This document shows, piece after piece, positions 38,230 to 48,869 of a DNA stretch of 64,000 bases. Below the pieces are notes generated by a model that was not told where the DNA came from, searched no databases, and worked only from the letters and a program-made list of their open reading frames with translations. A program made the position numbers and the translations under genes. Source of the DNA: Candidatus Wolfebacteria bacterium GW2011_GWE2_44_13. GTDB taxonomy: Bacteria; Patescibacteriota; Minisyncoccia; UBA6257; UBA9933. The DNA is taken from positions 289,424 through 353,423 of the forward strand of contig LCHW01000001.1 of the NCBI GenBank assembly GCA_001000675.1. The letters are read 5' to 3'. Every line of letters starts with the position of its first letter. Position 1 is the first letter of the stretch.

Positions 38230-38523
38230 ATGATGTCACAATTACCAATTGACCTTACAAAAGTAAGTAAAGAGACTATTGATAAAAAAATATTGCGCAC
38301 TGGCATTATTGCCGAACTTGATGCAATTAGCTTATATGAGCAACTTGCTGCTATGGCAACGAGCGAAGATATTAAAAAGGTACTCCTTGATATCGCAAAA
38401 GAAGAAAAAACGCACGTGGGGGAGTTTCAAGAGATGTTATTGCGTCTTGATAGCGAACAGCTCGAGGAGCTTGGGCATGCACGTGAAGAAATAGACGAAT
38501 TAACGGGCACAAAAGAAGAATAG
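38230..38523 (+). CDS. ferritin-like/rubrerythrin diiron half-domain protein
   Basis: 97-aa helical protein with E...ExxH ligand pattern (IIAELDAISLYEQLA ... EEKTHVGEF). A terminator follows. Confidence 0.5.
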   Translation: MMSQLPIDLTKVSKETIDKKILRTGIIAELDAISLYEQLAAMATSEDIKKVLLDIAKEEKTHVGEFQEMLLRLDSEQLEELGHAREEIDELTGTKEE

Positions 38524-38726
38524 TTCGGCAAAATTCGGCAATCATGTAAATGGTTGCCGAATTTTTTATTGTATTTTTGTATGTGTTATTTTGTAATACA
38601 CATACACAGTTGCAATAGCAATTAAATAAAAAACAACTCGGCAAACAGGGTATTTTTTTGCTGGTATTTGTAGTATAATAAACGGCATACACCAATAAGA
38701 AATTTAATCATAAGAACCCGTATCGT

Positions 38727-41192
38727 ATGGAAAAAAAATATACCGTAAAAATGGACCAAGTCGGCATCAAGGATGTCGCCGAGGTTGGAGGTAAGAATGC
38801 ATCTCTTGGTGAGATGTTGCAGTTTTTGGTTCCGCAGGGCGTTAACATCCCTGGAGGTTTTGTTGTTACCGCAAGCGCGTACCGCTATTTCTTGGAAGAG
38901 ACTGGCTTAAAGGACTTGATTAAGACAACATTGACAGGTCTTAACTCAAAGAACATCCCCCAGTTGCAGAAAAAGTGTAAATTGATTCGCGAAGCGATTA
39001 AAAAAGCTGAATTTCCAGCTGATATGCAAAAGCAGGTTGAAGACGCATATCGTGCAATGGAAAAGCAGTATGGCAAGAATGTTGATGTTGCTGTGCGTTC
39101 TTCTGCTACTGCGGAAGATCTTCCAGGAGCTTCGTTTGCTGGTGAGCATGAAACGTTTTTGAATATTCGTGGCGCAAAAGATGTTGCTGTTGCAGTGCGC
39201 GCAGCAATGGCGTCGCTCTTTACTGATCGTGCAACCAGCTATCGCGTAGATAAAGGATTTGATCACTTCAAGGTGGCTTTGTCTGTTGGCGTACAAAAGA
39301 TGGTCCGCTCAGATATTGGTAGCTCGGGTGTTATGTTCTCAATCGATACCGAATCCGGTTTCAAGGACGTTGTTGTTGTGAACGCTGTTTGGGGATTGGG
39401 CGAAATGATTGTGCAGGGAGAAGTTACTCCTGATGAATTTTTGGTATTTAAGCCACGCTTGAAGGAAATGGTTGCGGGTAAGAATCTCGGCATGAACCCA
39501 ATTATCAATAAACACCTCGCATTGAAGGATGCAAAGATGTTGTATGATACGGGCGCGAAAGGTGTTCAACAGACGAAGATTGTCAAAACAACGCCAAAGG
39601 AGCGCGATTCATTCGTGTTAAATGATAAAGAAATTTTGCAGTTAGCAAAGTGGGGCGTATTGATTGAAGACCATTATACCAAGGTGCACAACAAATGGAC
39701 TCCGATGGATATGGAGTGGGCAAAAGATGGAAAGACGGGTGAGTTGTTCATCGTACAGGCTCGACCAGAAACCATTCACGCTGAGCGTGATATGACAAAG
39801 GTAAAGGAGTACGTCTTAGAAGGAGCTGCAAAGCCAATCGTCACCGGTATCTCTGTTGGAAGTAAAATTGCTACCGGTAAAGTGCACATGATTATGAGTG
39901 TGAAAAATATCACTCAGTTCAAAGCAGGTGAAGTGTTGGTTACTGACATGACTGACCCTGATTGGGAACCTATTATGAAAATTGCTTCGGCTATCGTTAC
40001 TGATAAAGGTGGCCGAACATCACACGCAGCTATTGTTTCGCGTGAGTTGGGTATTCCTTGTATTGTTGGAAGCCTTGATGCAACTAAGAAGTTGAAGAGC
40101 GGTAAAATCGTTACTGTTGATACGGCAGGCGCTGAGGGATATGTCTATGATGGTGCGGTGAAGTTTAGCGTGCGCGAACATGACGTTAAAAAGATTCCGA
40201 AAACGAAGACAAAGATTACGATGAACATTGCGACTCCGGATACGGCATTTGAGAAATCATTCTTGCCGAACGACGGTGTCGGATTGCTTCGCGAAGAATT
40301 TATTATTGCAGGATCAATTGGCATTCACCCGAATGCATTGTTGAATTATAAGAAGTTGCAGGCACAGGCAAAAAAGAAAGATGCTGTTGCGAAGAAGATT
40401 GTTGCAGCAATCGACCAGAAAACGATTGGCTATACCGACAAGACCCAGTTTTATGTTGATAAACTTGCCTATGGTATCGCAAAAATTGGCGCCGCATTTT
40501 ATCCAAAACAGGTCATTGTACGATTCTCAGATTTTAAGACGAACGAATATCGAACATTGGTTGGTGGAGAATTGTATGAGCCAAAGGAAGAAAACCCAAT
40601 GATCGGATGGCGCGGAGCATCTCGTTACTATCACCCTGATTTTTCTGATGCATTTATCCTTGAGCTAAAAGCAATCAAGAAGGTGCGCGAAGAGATGGGG
40701 CTCGATAACGTGCATGTTATGATTCCATTCTGTCGCACTACTGAAGAAGGTAAAAAGAACCTTGCCATTATGGAAAAGAACGGCCTTGGTAAAAAGACTG
40801 GAATTAAGACCTATGTAATGTGCGAAATTCCGGCAAACGTTATCTTGGCTGATAAGTTCCTCGATATCTTTGATGGTATGAGTATTGGGTCAAATGATCT
40901 TACTCAGCTTACCGTTGGTATTGATCGTGATGGAAACGAAAAGATTAAATACATCACCAACGAAAAGGACGAAGCAGTAACCACGCTTATCAAAGACGTT
41001 ATCGCTAAGTGCAAGGCACGCAATAAGTACATTGGTATTTGCGGACAGGCACCGAGTGATTATCCTGATTTTGCGCAATTCCTTGTTGAAGCAGGCATTG
41101 AAGCTATCTCGCTTAACCCCGATACAGTTGTGAAAACGACAATTGCTATTGCGGAGAAGGAAGCGGCGCTTGCTAAAAAGTCATCTAAATAA
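38727..41192 (+). CDS. ppsA: phosphoenolpyruvate synthase (pyruvate, water dikinase)
   Basis: 821 aa. Phosphohistidine domain GGRTSHAAIVSRELGIPCIVG. ATP-grasp N-terminal domain and PEP-utilizing C-terminal domain. Confidence 0.9.
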   Translation: MEKKYTVKMDQVGIKDVAEVGGKNASLGEMLQFLVPQGVNIPGGFVVTASAYRYFLEETGLKDLIKTTLTGLNSKNIPQLQKKCKLIREAIKKAEFPADMQKQVEDAYRAMEKQYGKNVDVAVRSSATAEDLPGASFAGEHETFLNIRGAKDVAVAVRAAMASLFTDRATSYRVDKGFDHFKVALSVGVQKMVRSDIGSSGVMFSIDTESGFKDVVVVNAVWGLGEMIVQGEVTPDEFLVFKPRLKEMVAGKNLGMNPIINKHLALKDAKMLYDTGAKGVQQTKIVKTTPKERDSFVLNDKEILQLAKWGVLIEDHYTKVHNKWTPMDMEWAKDGKTGELFIVQARPETIHAERDMTKVKEYVLEGAAKPIVTGISVGSKIATGKVHMIMSVKNITQFKAGEVLVTDMTDPDWEPIMKIASAIVTDKGGRTSHAAIVSRELGIPCIVGSLDATKKLKSGKIVTVDTAGAEGYVYDGAVKFSVREHDVKKIPKTKTKITMNIATPDTAFEKSFLPNDGVGLLREEFIIAGSIGIHPNALLNYKKLQAQAKKKDAVAKKIVAAIDQKTIGYTDKTQFYVDKLAYGIAKIGAAFYPKQVIVRFSDFKTNEYRTLVGGELYEPKEENPMIGWRGASRYYHPDFSDAFILELKAIKKVREEMGLDNVHVMIPFCRTTEEGKKNLAIMEKNGLGKKTGIKTYVMCEIPANVILADKFLDIFDGMSIGSNDLTQLTVGIDRDGNEKIKYITNEKDEAVTTLIKDVIAKCKARNKYIGICGQAPSDYPDFAQFLVEAGIEAISLNPDTVVKTTIAIAEKEAALAKKSSK

Positions 41193-41194
41193 AA

Positions 41195-41278
41195 AACAGT
41201 AATAAATGCCTATGTGGCATCAGGAGAAGAGCTCTTTGCATCCTCCTTCAGTCACATAGGCATTTACTGTTTTTATCT
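41195..41278 (+). terminator. long perfect hairpin (~23-bp stem) terminator after ppsA
   Basis: aaaaacagtaataaatgcctatgtg ... cacataggcatttactgtttttat. Confidence 0.45.
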
Positions 41279-41288
41279 CCTTTTGCAT

Positions 41289-41353
41289 TGTCATTCCCGC
41301 GAAGGCGGGAATCCAGAGTTATTAATTATAGATTCCCGCCTTTGCGGGAATGA
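41289..41353. repeat. REP-like palindromic element (canonical copy)
   Basis: gtcattcccgcgaaggcgggaatccag ... gattcccgcctttgcgggaatgac. Two 8-bp GC-rich hairpins arranged as terminal inverted repeats. Confidence 0.55.
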
Positions 41354-41362
41354 CAGAAGAAA

Positions 41363-41656
41363 ATGATCGATCTCACGCAACTACTTGCAGTACTCGCTGG
41401 CTTCATGGGGATACTCATGGGCTTTGCTAATATTCCGCAAGCGGTAAAAATTTATAAGAAGCGAAGCGCGAAAGATGTTTCGGAATTAACCTACGGTGTT
41501 TTGGCGGTGGGGTATTTTGTGCTTTTGCTCTATAGTATTTTGCTCGATAATGTTGCGCTTATTGTGACTAACTTGTTTGGGTTGCTTGGAGTGGTCTTAG
41601 TCCTTTCTGGTATTATCCGATACGAAAAAAAGGGGATTCGCCATCGAGGTATTTAA
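41363..41656 (+). CDS. SemiSWEET/PQ-loop family small transporter
   Basis: 97 aa, three TM helices, and the PQ motif (FANIPQAVKIYKKRSAKDVS) after TM1. Confidence 0.55.
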   Translation: MIDLTQLLAVLAGFMGILMGFANIPQAVKIYKKRSAKDVSELTYGVLAVGYFVLLLYSILLDNVALIVTNLFGLLGVVLVLSGIIRYEKKGIRHRGI

Positions 41657-41658
41657 AA

Positions 41659-42207
41659 ATGAATATGCAACTCTATAAGAAGGTTGAACAATTTGTCGTT
41701 GATGCATTTACTAAAGCAGAAAAATCGACTGATGTTTTTCATGCGCAGAGAACTGCGTATTGGATTACACAGTTAAAACCGGATGCGGATGAAGCGTTGC
41801 AAATCGCAGGATTTGCACATGATATTGAACGCGCATTCTATGGCGATTGGAAAAAGGGTTCTAGCGATGCTGATGCGTTGCGCAAGCATCAAGATATGTC
41901 TGCTGCCGAAATTACCAAATTCTTACGTGCTGAGCATGCTTCTGAAGAATTAATAGATCGCGTAAGTTATTTAGTAGCGCATCACGAAGAAGGGGGAGAT
42001 GTTGACCAAACTGTATTGTGCGATGCTGATTGTCTTGCATATTTTGAAGAAAAGGCAGTTCGTAATGCTAAAGAAAAGAAACAGCAAGGGAAAAATGCTG
42101 AAATGATAAAAAAGATAGACTATGTATTTAGTCGAATCGCCTCGTCAAAGGCGCGTGAAATTGCACGGCCATTTTATGATGAGGCGATGCATATATTACG
42201 CGATTGA
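41659..42207 (+). CDS. HD-domain phosphohydrolase
   Basis: H...HD motif (GFAHDIER) and a downstream His cluster (LVAHHEEGGDVD). Confidence 0.6.
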   Translation: MNMQLYKKVEQFVVDAFTKAEKSTDVFHAQRTAYWITQLKPDADEALQIAGFAHDIERAFYGDWKKGSSDADALRKHQDMSAAEITKFLRAEHASEELIDRVSYLVAHHEEGGDVDQTVLCDADCLAYFEEKAVRNAKEKKQQGKNAEMIKKIDYVFSRIASSKAREIARPFYDEAMHILRD

Positions 42208-42274
42208 TTGTGCGGTGTATAATTCCTTTTGCATTATTTAACGAGGTGCGATACGCTAGCAGTATACTGTTTTT

Positions 42275-43336
42275 ATGATCCTCGCTAATAAAGAAAAAGT
42301 GAATATATTATCCATTGAAACGAGCTGCGACGAGACAGCCCTTTCTTTTGTTACCGCAAGCGGGGGATTAAAAAAGCCGACTTTTGTCGTGCATGGCGAT
42401 GTGGTAGCTTCGCAGATCAAATTGCATCAGCCATTTGGTGGTGTTGTGCCGGCCCTTGCAAAGCGTGCGCATATAGAACATTTACCTCTTTTGTTTAAGG
42501 AAATTGTGGACGGAGGCATGCGCCCAGAAGAACTCGATTTTATTACGGTCACTGTTGGTCCGGGGCTTGAGCCTGCTTTGTGGACGGGGATTGAATTTGC
42601 AAAGCAACTTGCCGAGCAGTATAACAAGCCACTTATCGGAACGAACCATCTCGAAGGGCATTTATATAGTATCTTGGTATCAAAAGAAAAGCCCGATCCT
42701 AAAAAAATATTTCCTGCGATTGCGCTTATTGTAAGTGGTGGGCACACGCTTTTATTACAGATGGATGATTTGACGCATTTTAAAAAAATTGGAGAGACAG
42801 TAGATGATGCCGTTGGTGAAGCGTTTGATAAAGTTGCGCGCATGATCGACTTGCCGTATCCAGGGGGTCCTGAGATAGAACGCCTTGCAAAAGAGGGTAA
42901 TCCTATGGCGATTAATTTTCCGCGACCAATGGTCGGACATAAAAATTATAACTTTAGCTTTTCTGGATTAAAAACCTCAGTATTATATTATTTACGTGAT
43001 TCTGCTAAAGCTAAAAAAGATATTGTAAAAGCGGATATTGCAGCAAGCTTTCAACGAGCAGTTTCTGATGTGTTAATTAAAAAAACGTTACGTGCTGTAG
43101 AAGAGTTTGATGCGAAGTCGATTATGATTTCAGGAGGTGTTTCTGCAAATCGCACGTTACGTGCGGAGTTTGCCGCCTCCATTGAAAAACGATTTCCTAT
43201 TAAGAAGGATCGACCTGAACTCTTAGTGAGTGAGTTTTCGACTGATAATGCATTGATGATTGCCGCATCAGGATATATGGATTATTTACGAGGTAAGGAA
43301 TACAAAATAGAAGCGGATGGTAATCTTAACCTTTGA
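42275..43336 (+). CDS. tsaD: tRNA N6-adenosine threonylcarbamoyltransferase TsaD (Kae1/YgjD family)
   Basis: ILSIETSCDETALSF start and paired His metal site (GTNHLEGHLYS). Confidence 0.9.
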   Translation: MILANKEKVNILSIETSCDETALSFVTASGGLKKPTFVVHGDVVASQIKLHQPFGGVVPALAKRAHIEHLPLLFKEIVDGGMRPEELDFITVTVGPGLEPALWTGIEFAKQLAEQYNKPLIGTNHLEGHLYSILVSKEKPDPKKIFPAIALIVSGGHTLLLQMDDLTHFKKIGETVDDAVGEAFDKVARMIDLPYPGGPEIERLAKEGNPMAINFPRPMVGHKNYNFSFSGLKTSVLYYLRDSAKAKKDIVKADIAASFQRAVSDVLIKKTLRAVEEFDAKSIMISGGVSANRTLRAEFAASIEKRFPIKKDRPELLVSEFSTDNALMIAASGYMDYLRGKEYKIEADGNLNL

Positions 43337-43361
43337 CGTGATTTACTGACTTATATAATAT

Positions 43362-44432
43362 ATGCTTTCCTATTTACGACATTTTGATTGGAAGTTAAAC
43401 GCCGCGGTTGCGTTTCTTTCGTTTGTGAGTTTGGTTGAATTGGCGAGTATTAGCATGGATCTCTTTTGGAAGCAGTTACTTTTTGTGGGTATCGGGGTAT
43501 TGCTGATGCTCTTCGTGACCTATTTCGATTGGCGTTCATTTGTAAATTATCGTGGTGTTATTATGGGTATTTATGGAGGCGCGATTGCGCTTCTTGTGTT
43601 GACGCTTCTTATTGCCCCAGAAATTCGTGGAAATAAAGCATGGATTCCTATTGGTCCTTTTCAATTTCAAGCTTCGGTGTTTGCGAACCTCGCACTCATC
43701 GTGGTCTTGGCGAGCTTTTTCCGAAAAAGTCATCGCGCTATTGCGCGTCTCTCTACGCTTGCTAAATCGTTCATCTATTTCGCTATTCCTGCGGCGCTTA
43801 TTTATTTGCAGCCCGATTTAGGTTCTGTGTTGCTCATGCTTTCCGTCTGGTTTGGGTTTGTGCTGGTATCGGGAATTCGCTTACAACATTTAGTTGCGGC
43901 ACTTACGTTGTTTGCTGTGGTTGGCGCATTGGGATGGGCTGTATTTCTTGAGCCGTATCAGAAAAACCGTATTGTTGGGGTGTTTTTCCCAGATCAAGAT
44001 GTGCTGGGGGTCAACTATAACGTTATTCAAGCAAAAATCGCTATCGGATCGGCTGGCTTCTTAGGTAAGGGGTTTGGGCAGGGCACGCAAGTACAGCTCG
44101 GGTTTCTCCCTGAAGCACACACCGACTTTATATTTTCTGCGGTTACTGAAGAGTGGGGATTGATTGCCGGCTTCTTACTTATCGGGGCGTTTCTTGCTAT
44201 GATTGTGCGCATTGTCGCTATTGGACTTGAGGAGCGAAGTAATTTCGGTCAATTTATTTGTTTAGGTACTGCGATATTCTTTATTGCAAATTTTATATTT
44301 AACACCGGGTCTAACGTAGGGCTTTTGCCGGTTATCGGTGTTCCGTTCCCGTTTCTTAGCTATGGAGGATCTCATATTCTTGCAGAATTTATCTTGCTTG
44401 GCATGGTGCAGTCGATAAAGTTGAGAAAATAA
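43362..44432 (+). CDS. SEDS-family peptidoglycan glycosyltransferase (FtsW/RodA)
   Basis: Ten-TM topology with conserved PIGPFQFQASVFANLAL and SAVTEEWGLIAG motifs. Confidence 0.85.
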   Translation: MLSYLRHFDWKLNAAVAFLSFVSLVELASISMDLFWKQLLFVGIGVLLMLFVTYFDWRSFVNYRGVIMGIYGGAIALLVLTLLIAPEIRGNKAWIPIGPFQFQASVFANLALIVVLASFFRKSHRAIARLSTLAKSFIYFAIPAALIYLQPDLGSVLLMLSVWFGFVLVSGIRLQHLVAALTLFAVVGALGWAVFLEPYQKNRIVGVFFPDQDVLGVNYNVIQAKIAIGSAGFLGKGFGQGTQVQLGFLPEAHTDFIFSAVTEEWGLIAGFLLIGAFLAMIVRIVAIGLEERSNFGQFICLGTAIFFIANFIFNTGSNVGLLPVIGVPFPFLSYGGSHILAEFILLGMVQSIKLRK

Positions 44433-44437
44433 TAATT

Positions 44438-45469
44438 ATGCAATCTATATTTTCATTTTGTAAATCGTGTATTTCTGCGAGCCTGCTCTTTTTTGTCATT
44501 ATGGCGCTATTGTTGGGTGGAGCTGCTTTTGCCGATGCGTTGAAGCCAGTATCTGGTGGAGCAACTGTTCCCGAAGCGATAGAATTTTCAGTTCGCCCTG
44601 GTATGGGAGGAAAAGAAATTGCTCAGGAGCTTGAAGACAATCATATCATCAAATCAAAGACTGCATTTTGGACATATAGTATTCTTACTAGCAATGCAGG
44701 TGCGTTTCAGCCAGGAATTTATACCGTTGGTCCAGAACAATCAGTACGAGATATTATCTCACTTATGACCAAGGGTCCGCTTGAAGTTGAGGTGCTGGTT
44801 ACTCCTGGGATGACCATACTAGAGGCCGAAGATGTGCTTGTTGCGAGTAAAGTTCTTGCAGAAGGGGATATTGTTGAATTTCCTATTGATACGATTCGGG
44901 AGCAATATCCATTTTTAGGGGATGCGGAAATACTTGAAGGGTTCTTATTTCCTGATACATATCGATTTTACCCTCATTCTGACCCGAAATTGGTCGTGAG
45001 CAAGTTTTTGGACAATTTTGAGGCCAAACTGGCTCCGCTCTTGACAGACTTGCGCAATCCAGAAAATAATGATACTATTCATTGGCTTATTATTGCTTCA
45101 ATATTAGAGAAGGAAGTGACCAATAAAAAAGAGGATCAAACAGTCGCCGGTATCTTAGAGAAACGGTTGGCAATAGGCATGCCGCTGCAGGTCGACGCAT
45201 CGATTATCTATGCGAAATGCAAGCGTTTCATGAGCTGTCCCGCCCTAACCCGTGCCGATTTTCGTATTGATTCTCCGTATAATTCGTACCTTCATAAGGG
45301 GTTACCACCTACGCCAATTTCCAACCCCGGTATCGATGCAATAAGCGCAGCACGTTTACCTGTTCGCTCAAATTACCTGTACTACTTGTCTGATCCTCAG
45401 ACAGGGCAAACAATATTCTCAAAAACGTTTGAAGAACATAATGCGAACCGAACTAAATACCTACATTAA
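44438..45469 (+). CDS. mltG: endolytic murein transglycosylase MltG (YceG family)
   Basis: N-terminal TM segment and YceG-like domain (LQVDASIIYA ... YNSYLHKGLPPTPISNPG). Confidence 0.8.
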   Translation: MQSIFSFCKSCISASLLFFVIMALLLGGAAFADALKPVSGGATVPEAIEFSVRPGMGGKEIAQELEDNHIIKSKTAFWTYSILTSNAGAFQPGIYTVGPEQSVRDIISLMTKGPLEVEVLVTPGMTILEAEDVLVASKVLAEGDIVEFPIDTIREQYPFLGDAEILEGFLFPDTYRFYPHSDPKLVVSKFLDNFEAKLAPLLTDLRNPENNDTIHWLIIASILEKEVTNKKEDQTVAGILEKRLAIGMPLQVDASIIYAKCKRFMSCPALTRADFRIDSPYNSYLHKGLPPTPISNPGIDAISAARLPVRSNYLYYLSDPQTGQTIFSKTFEEHNANRTKYLH

Positions 45470-45509
45470 ATAAATCGTAAGGCCGTCGAATAACGGTTAT
45501 TTGTTTTTT

Positions 45510-48500
45510 ATGGCAAAGCAACTCCCAACAAAAGTTTTTTCAAAGCATCCCGGCGCGTTCATCGAACAGCCGTACCTTGCGACACTCCAGGCCGAGTCAT
45601 GGGACTGGTTTGTAAAGAAAGGTCTTCGAGAACTCTTCGACGAAATTTCTCCAATTAAGGATTACACCGGCAATGAAATAGAATTGCACTTCCTTGATTA
45701 TCACTTTGACGAACCGCGCTATGACGAGGACACAACCCGTTTGAAAGGGTTAACCTACGAAGCACCGTTGCGCGTTAACGTGAAACTTATTAATAAGGTA
45801 TTAAACGACGAAAAAGAACAGGAAGTATACCTGGGCGATTTTCCGATTATGACAAGCCGACACACATTCATTATGAATGGCGTTGAGCGTGTTATGGTTT
45901 CCCAACTTATCCGTTCGAGCGGTGTGTATTTCAGTGGAAATATGCTCCGAGGTAAAAAGGTATTTGGTGCGAAGATTATTCCAAACCGCGGAAGCTGGTT
46001 GGAATTTGAAACCGAGCTCGATGGCTTTATTGGCGTAAAGATCGATCGACATCGTAAAGCACCGGTAACAGAACTGCTGCGCGTCTTTGCTAATCACTTA
46101 GACATTACTCTTACCAATGAAAAGATCCTTGAGATGTTTGCGGACATCGATAAAGGTTCGGTTAAACACATTGAAGCAACATTAAAGAAGGATGCGGCAA
46201 AAACCGCTTCTGAATCGTATGTTGAAATTTACAAACGGCTTCGCCCGGGAGATTTGGCGACTCCGGAAAACGCACAGAGCTTAATTGATTCCATGTTCCA
46301 TCGTGATGACCGCTATAGCTTGTCCCGCGTAGGACGCTTTAAGGTTAATCAGCGATTGGAATTAAAAGATAAAGAATCAACATTACTTGATTTGGAAGAT
46401 ATCGTACAGATCGTACGCGAAATTATTCGTTTGAATAATGACAAGCATGCTGAGCCTGATGATATCGATCACTTGGGTAACCGACGCATTCGTGCGGTAG
46501 GTGAATTGTTGCAGGGCCGATTGTATGTCGGATTTGCACGTATGCGCCGCGCCATTCAGGATAAGATTTCAACTGCGGAAGCAGATGTTGTGTTGACCCC
46601 AGTACAACTTATTAACGGACGCCCATTGGTTGCCGTTATGAAGGAATTTTTAACCTCTTCCCAGTTGTCCCAGTTTATGGACCAGGTAAACCCATTGGCC
46701 GAAGTTGAGCACAAGCGACGCTTGTCGCTCCTTGGACCGGGTGGTTTAACTCGTGAGCACGCAGGGTTCGAAGTGCGTGACGTTCACCCATCTCACTACG
46801 GACGCATCTGTCCAATTGAAACTCCAGAAGGACAATCAATCGGTTTGGTAAACCACCTTTCAAACTATTCTCGTATTAACGAGTTTGGTTTCTTAGAAAC
46901 ACCGTATGCAAAGGTAAAGAATGGTAAGGTCACGAGCGAAATCGAGTGGATGAATGCATTGACCGAAACGAAGTTCAAGATCGCACACGGTGGAACCCGT
47001 CTCGATGGTAATAATAAAATTATTGATGAAGTGGTAGGTGCTCGTATTAAAGGTGAACCACGCACCTGTGATCGTGAAGAAGTTGATTTTATCGACGTTT
47101 CAAACGAACAGACCGTTGCTGCCGCAACCGCACTTATTCCTTTCTTGGAACATGACCCTGCAAACCGTGCACTCATGGGAGCGAACATGCAACGACAGGC
47201 TGTGCCGCCAGTAAAGACACAGGCTCCGTGGGTAGGAACCGGTATCGAAGATAAGATTGCTCGTGATTCAGCTCGCGCCATCGTTGCTCCAGAAGATGGA
47301 GAAATCATGGAAGTCGATTCAACACACATTGTGTTGAAGACCAAGAGCGAATTGAAGCACTTTGAATTCACAAAGTTCCAGCGCTCAAACAAATATACAA
47401 ACATTTCTCAGCGACCAATCGTCAACAAGGGCGATAAGGTAAAGAAGGGTGATGTGCTTGCCGATGGTCCGTCTATGGATCACGGAACACTCGCACTTGG
47501 ACAGAACATGCTCGTTGCATTTATGTCATGGGAAGGGCGCAACTTCGAGGATGCTATCATTTTGTCGGATCGCGTTGTAAAGCACGACGTGTTCTCATCT
47601 ATTCAGATTAAAGACTTTGTATGCGATGTTCGTGACACAAAGCTTGGACCTGAAATAACCACAAACGACATCCCGAACGTATCAGAAGAAAAACTCCGCA
47701 ACTTGGATGAAGAAGGTATTATCCGCATTGGCGCTGAAGTGCGCGCCGGAGATATCTTAGTAGGAAAGGTATCACCAAAAGGTGAAACTGAATTGACCGC
47801 AGAAGAAAAATTGCTCCGCGCAATCTTTGAAGAAAAGGCACGCGACGTAAAAGATACTTCGTTGTCCGTACCGCATGGAGAATCAGGACGCGTTATCGGT
47901 ATCAAGATCTTCTCCCGCGATCGTGGCGATAAGCTTGAACCAGGAGTTATCAAGCGCATCCAGATTGAACTTGCAGAACTTCGTAAGGTTCGCGCAGGTG
48001 ATAAACTTGCAGGACGACATGGAAACAAAGGTGTTATTTCACAGATTTGCGCAGCAGAGGACATGCCATACTTGGCGGACGGAACTCCTGTTGACGTTAT
48101 CTTGAACCCACTTGGTGTTACCTCTCGTATGAACCTCGGACAGGTATTGGAAGTGCACTTGGGGCTTGCAGCTCGCAAGCTTGGCTATCGCGCAGTAACG
48201 CCGGTATTCGCAAGTGCAACTGAAGAAGATATCCGTGGCGAATTGAAGAAAGCAGGATATCCAGAACATGGAAAATTGGAATTGTACGATGGACGATCAG
48301 GCGAAAAGTTTGTTGGTCCGGTGACTGTCGGTATCATGTATATGATCAAGCTCGACCACATGGTTGAAGATAAGATCCATATGCGTGCGACTGGTCCGTA
48401 CTCATTGATCACCCAGCAGCCGCTCGGAGGTAAGGCACAGTTTGGTGGACAGCGATTCGGAGAGATGGAAGTGTGGGCCTTGGAAGGATATGGCGCAGCT

Positions 48501-48728
48501 TACACCTTGCAAGAAATGCTCACCATCAAATCTGACGATGTCTTCGGACGCGCCGCAACGTATGAAAGTATTATTCGTGGAGAAAAGATTAAGAGCCCGA
48601 ATATCCCTTCAGCGTTCAACGTGCTCGTGAATGAAATTAAATCGCTCGGCATCTCTGTTGAAAAAGAAGAGATCGAACCGGAGGAAGGTGAAGAATTGCA
48701 TGAACGACCTTCTCGAATCGAGAGCTAA
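45510..48728 (+). CDS. rpoB: DNA-directed RNA polymerase subunit beta
   Basis: Conserved blocks throughout (PLMT-like GANMQRQAVP, NMGQ..., GQRFGEMEVWALE). Start chosen at MAKQLPT (45510) inside the ORF that begins at 45501. Confidence 0.95.
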   Translation: MAKQLPTKVFSKHPGAFIEQPYLATLQAESWDWFVKKGLRELFDEISPIKDYTGNEIELHFLDYHFDEPRYDEDTTRLKGLTYEAPLRVNVKLINKVLNDEKEQEVYLGDFPIMTSRHTFIMNGVERVMVSQLIRSSGVYFSGNMLRGKKVFGAKIIPNRGSWLEFETELDGFIGVKIDRHRKAPVTELLRVFANHLDITLTNEKILEMFADIDKGSVKHIEATLKKDAAKTASESYVEIYKRLRPGDLATPENAQSLIDSMFHRDDRYSLSRVGRFKVNQRLELKDKESTLLDLEDIVQIVREIIRLNNDKHAEPDDIDHLGNRRIRAVGELLQGRLYVGFARMRRAIQDKISTAEADVVLTPVQLINGRPLVAVMKEFLTSSQLSQFMDQVNPLAEVEHKRRLSLLGPGGLTREHAGFEVRDVHPSHYGRICPIETPEGQSIGLVNHLSNYSRINEFGFLETPYAKVKNGKVTSEIEWMNALTETKFKIAHGGTRLDGNNKIIDEVVGARIKGEPRTCDREEVDFIDVSNEQTVAAATALIPFLEHDPANRALMGANMQRQAVPPVKTQAPWVGTGIEDKIARDSARAIVAPEDGEIMEVDSTHIVLKTKSELKHFEFTKFQRSNKYTNISQRPIVNKGDKVKKGDVLADGPSMDHGTLALGQNMLVAFMSWEGRNFEDAIILSDRVVKHDVFSSIQIKDFVCDVRDTKLGPEITTNDIPNVSEEKLRNLDEEGIIRIGAEVRAGDILVGKVSPKGETELTAEEKLLRAIFEEKARDVKDTSLSVPHGESGRVIGIKIFSRDRGDKLEPGVIKRIQIELAELRKVRAGDKLAGRHGNKGVISQICAAEDMPYLADGTPVDVILNPLGVTSRMNLGQVLEVHLGLAARKLGYRAVTPVFASATEEDIRGELKKAGYPEHGKLELYDGRSGEKFVGPVTVGIMYMIKLDHMVEDKIHMRATGPYSLITQQPLGGKAQFGGQRFGEMEVWALEGYGAAYTLQEMLTIKSDDVFGRAATYESIIRGEKIKSPNIPSAFNVLVNEIKSLGISVEKEEIEPEEGEELHERPSRIES

Positions 48729-48869
48729 ACAATAACATAAAGAACGAGTAGTATTGCTTCGTCGTTTCATCGACAGGTCAGGATCACAGTATCCCTTGTC
48801 ATCGTGAACGACGAACGCAATGCATCGAGTTCTTCCCGTTCTCGAATTCATTTTCAAATTCTATTCCCT

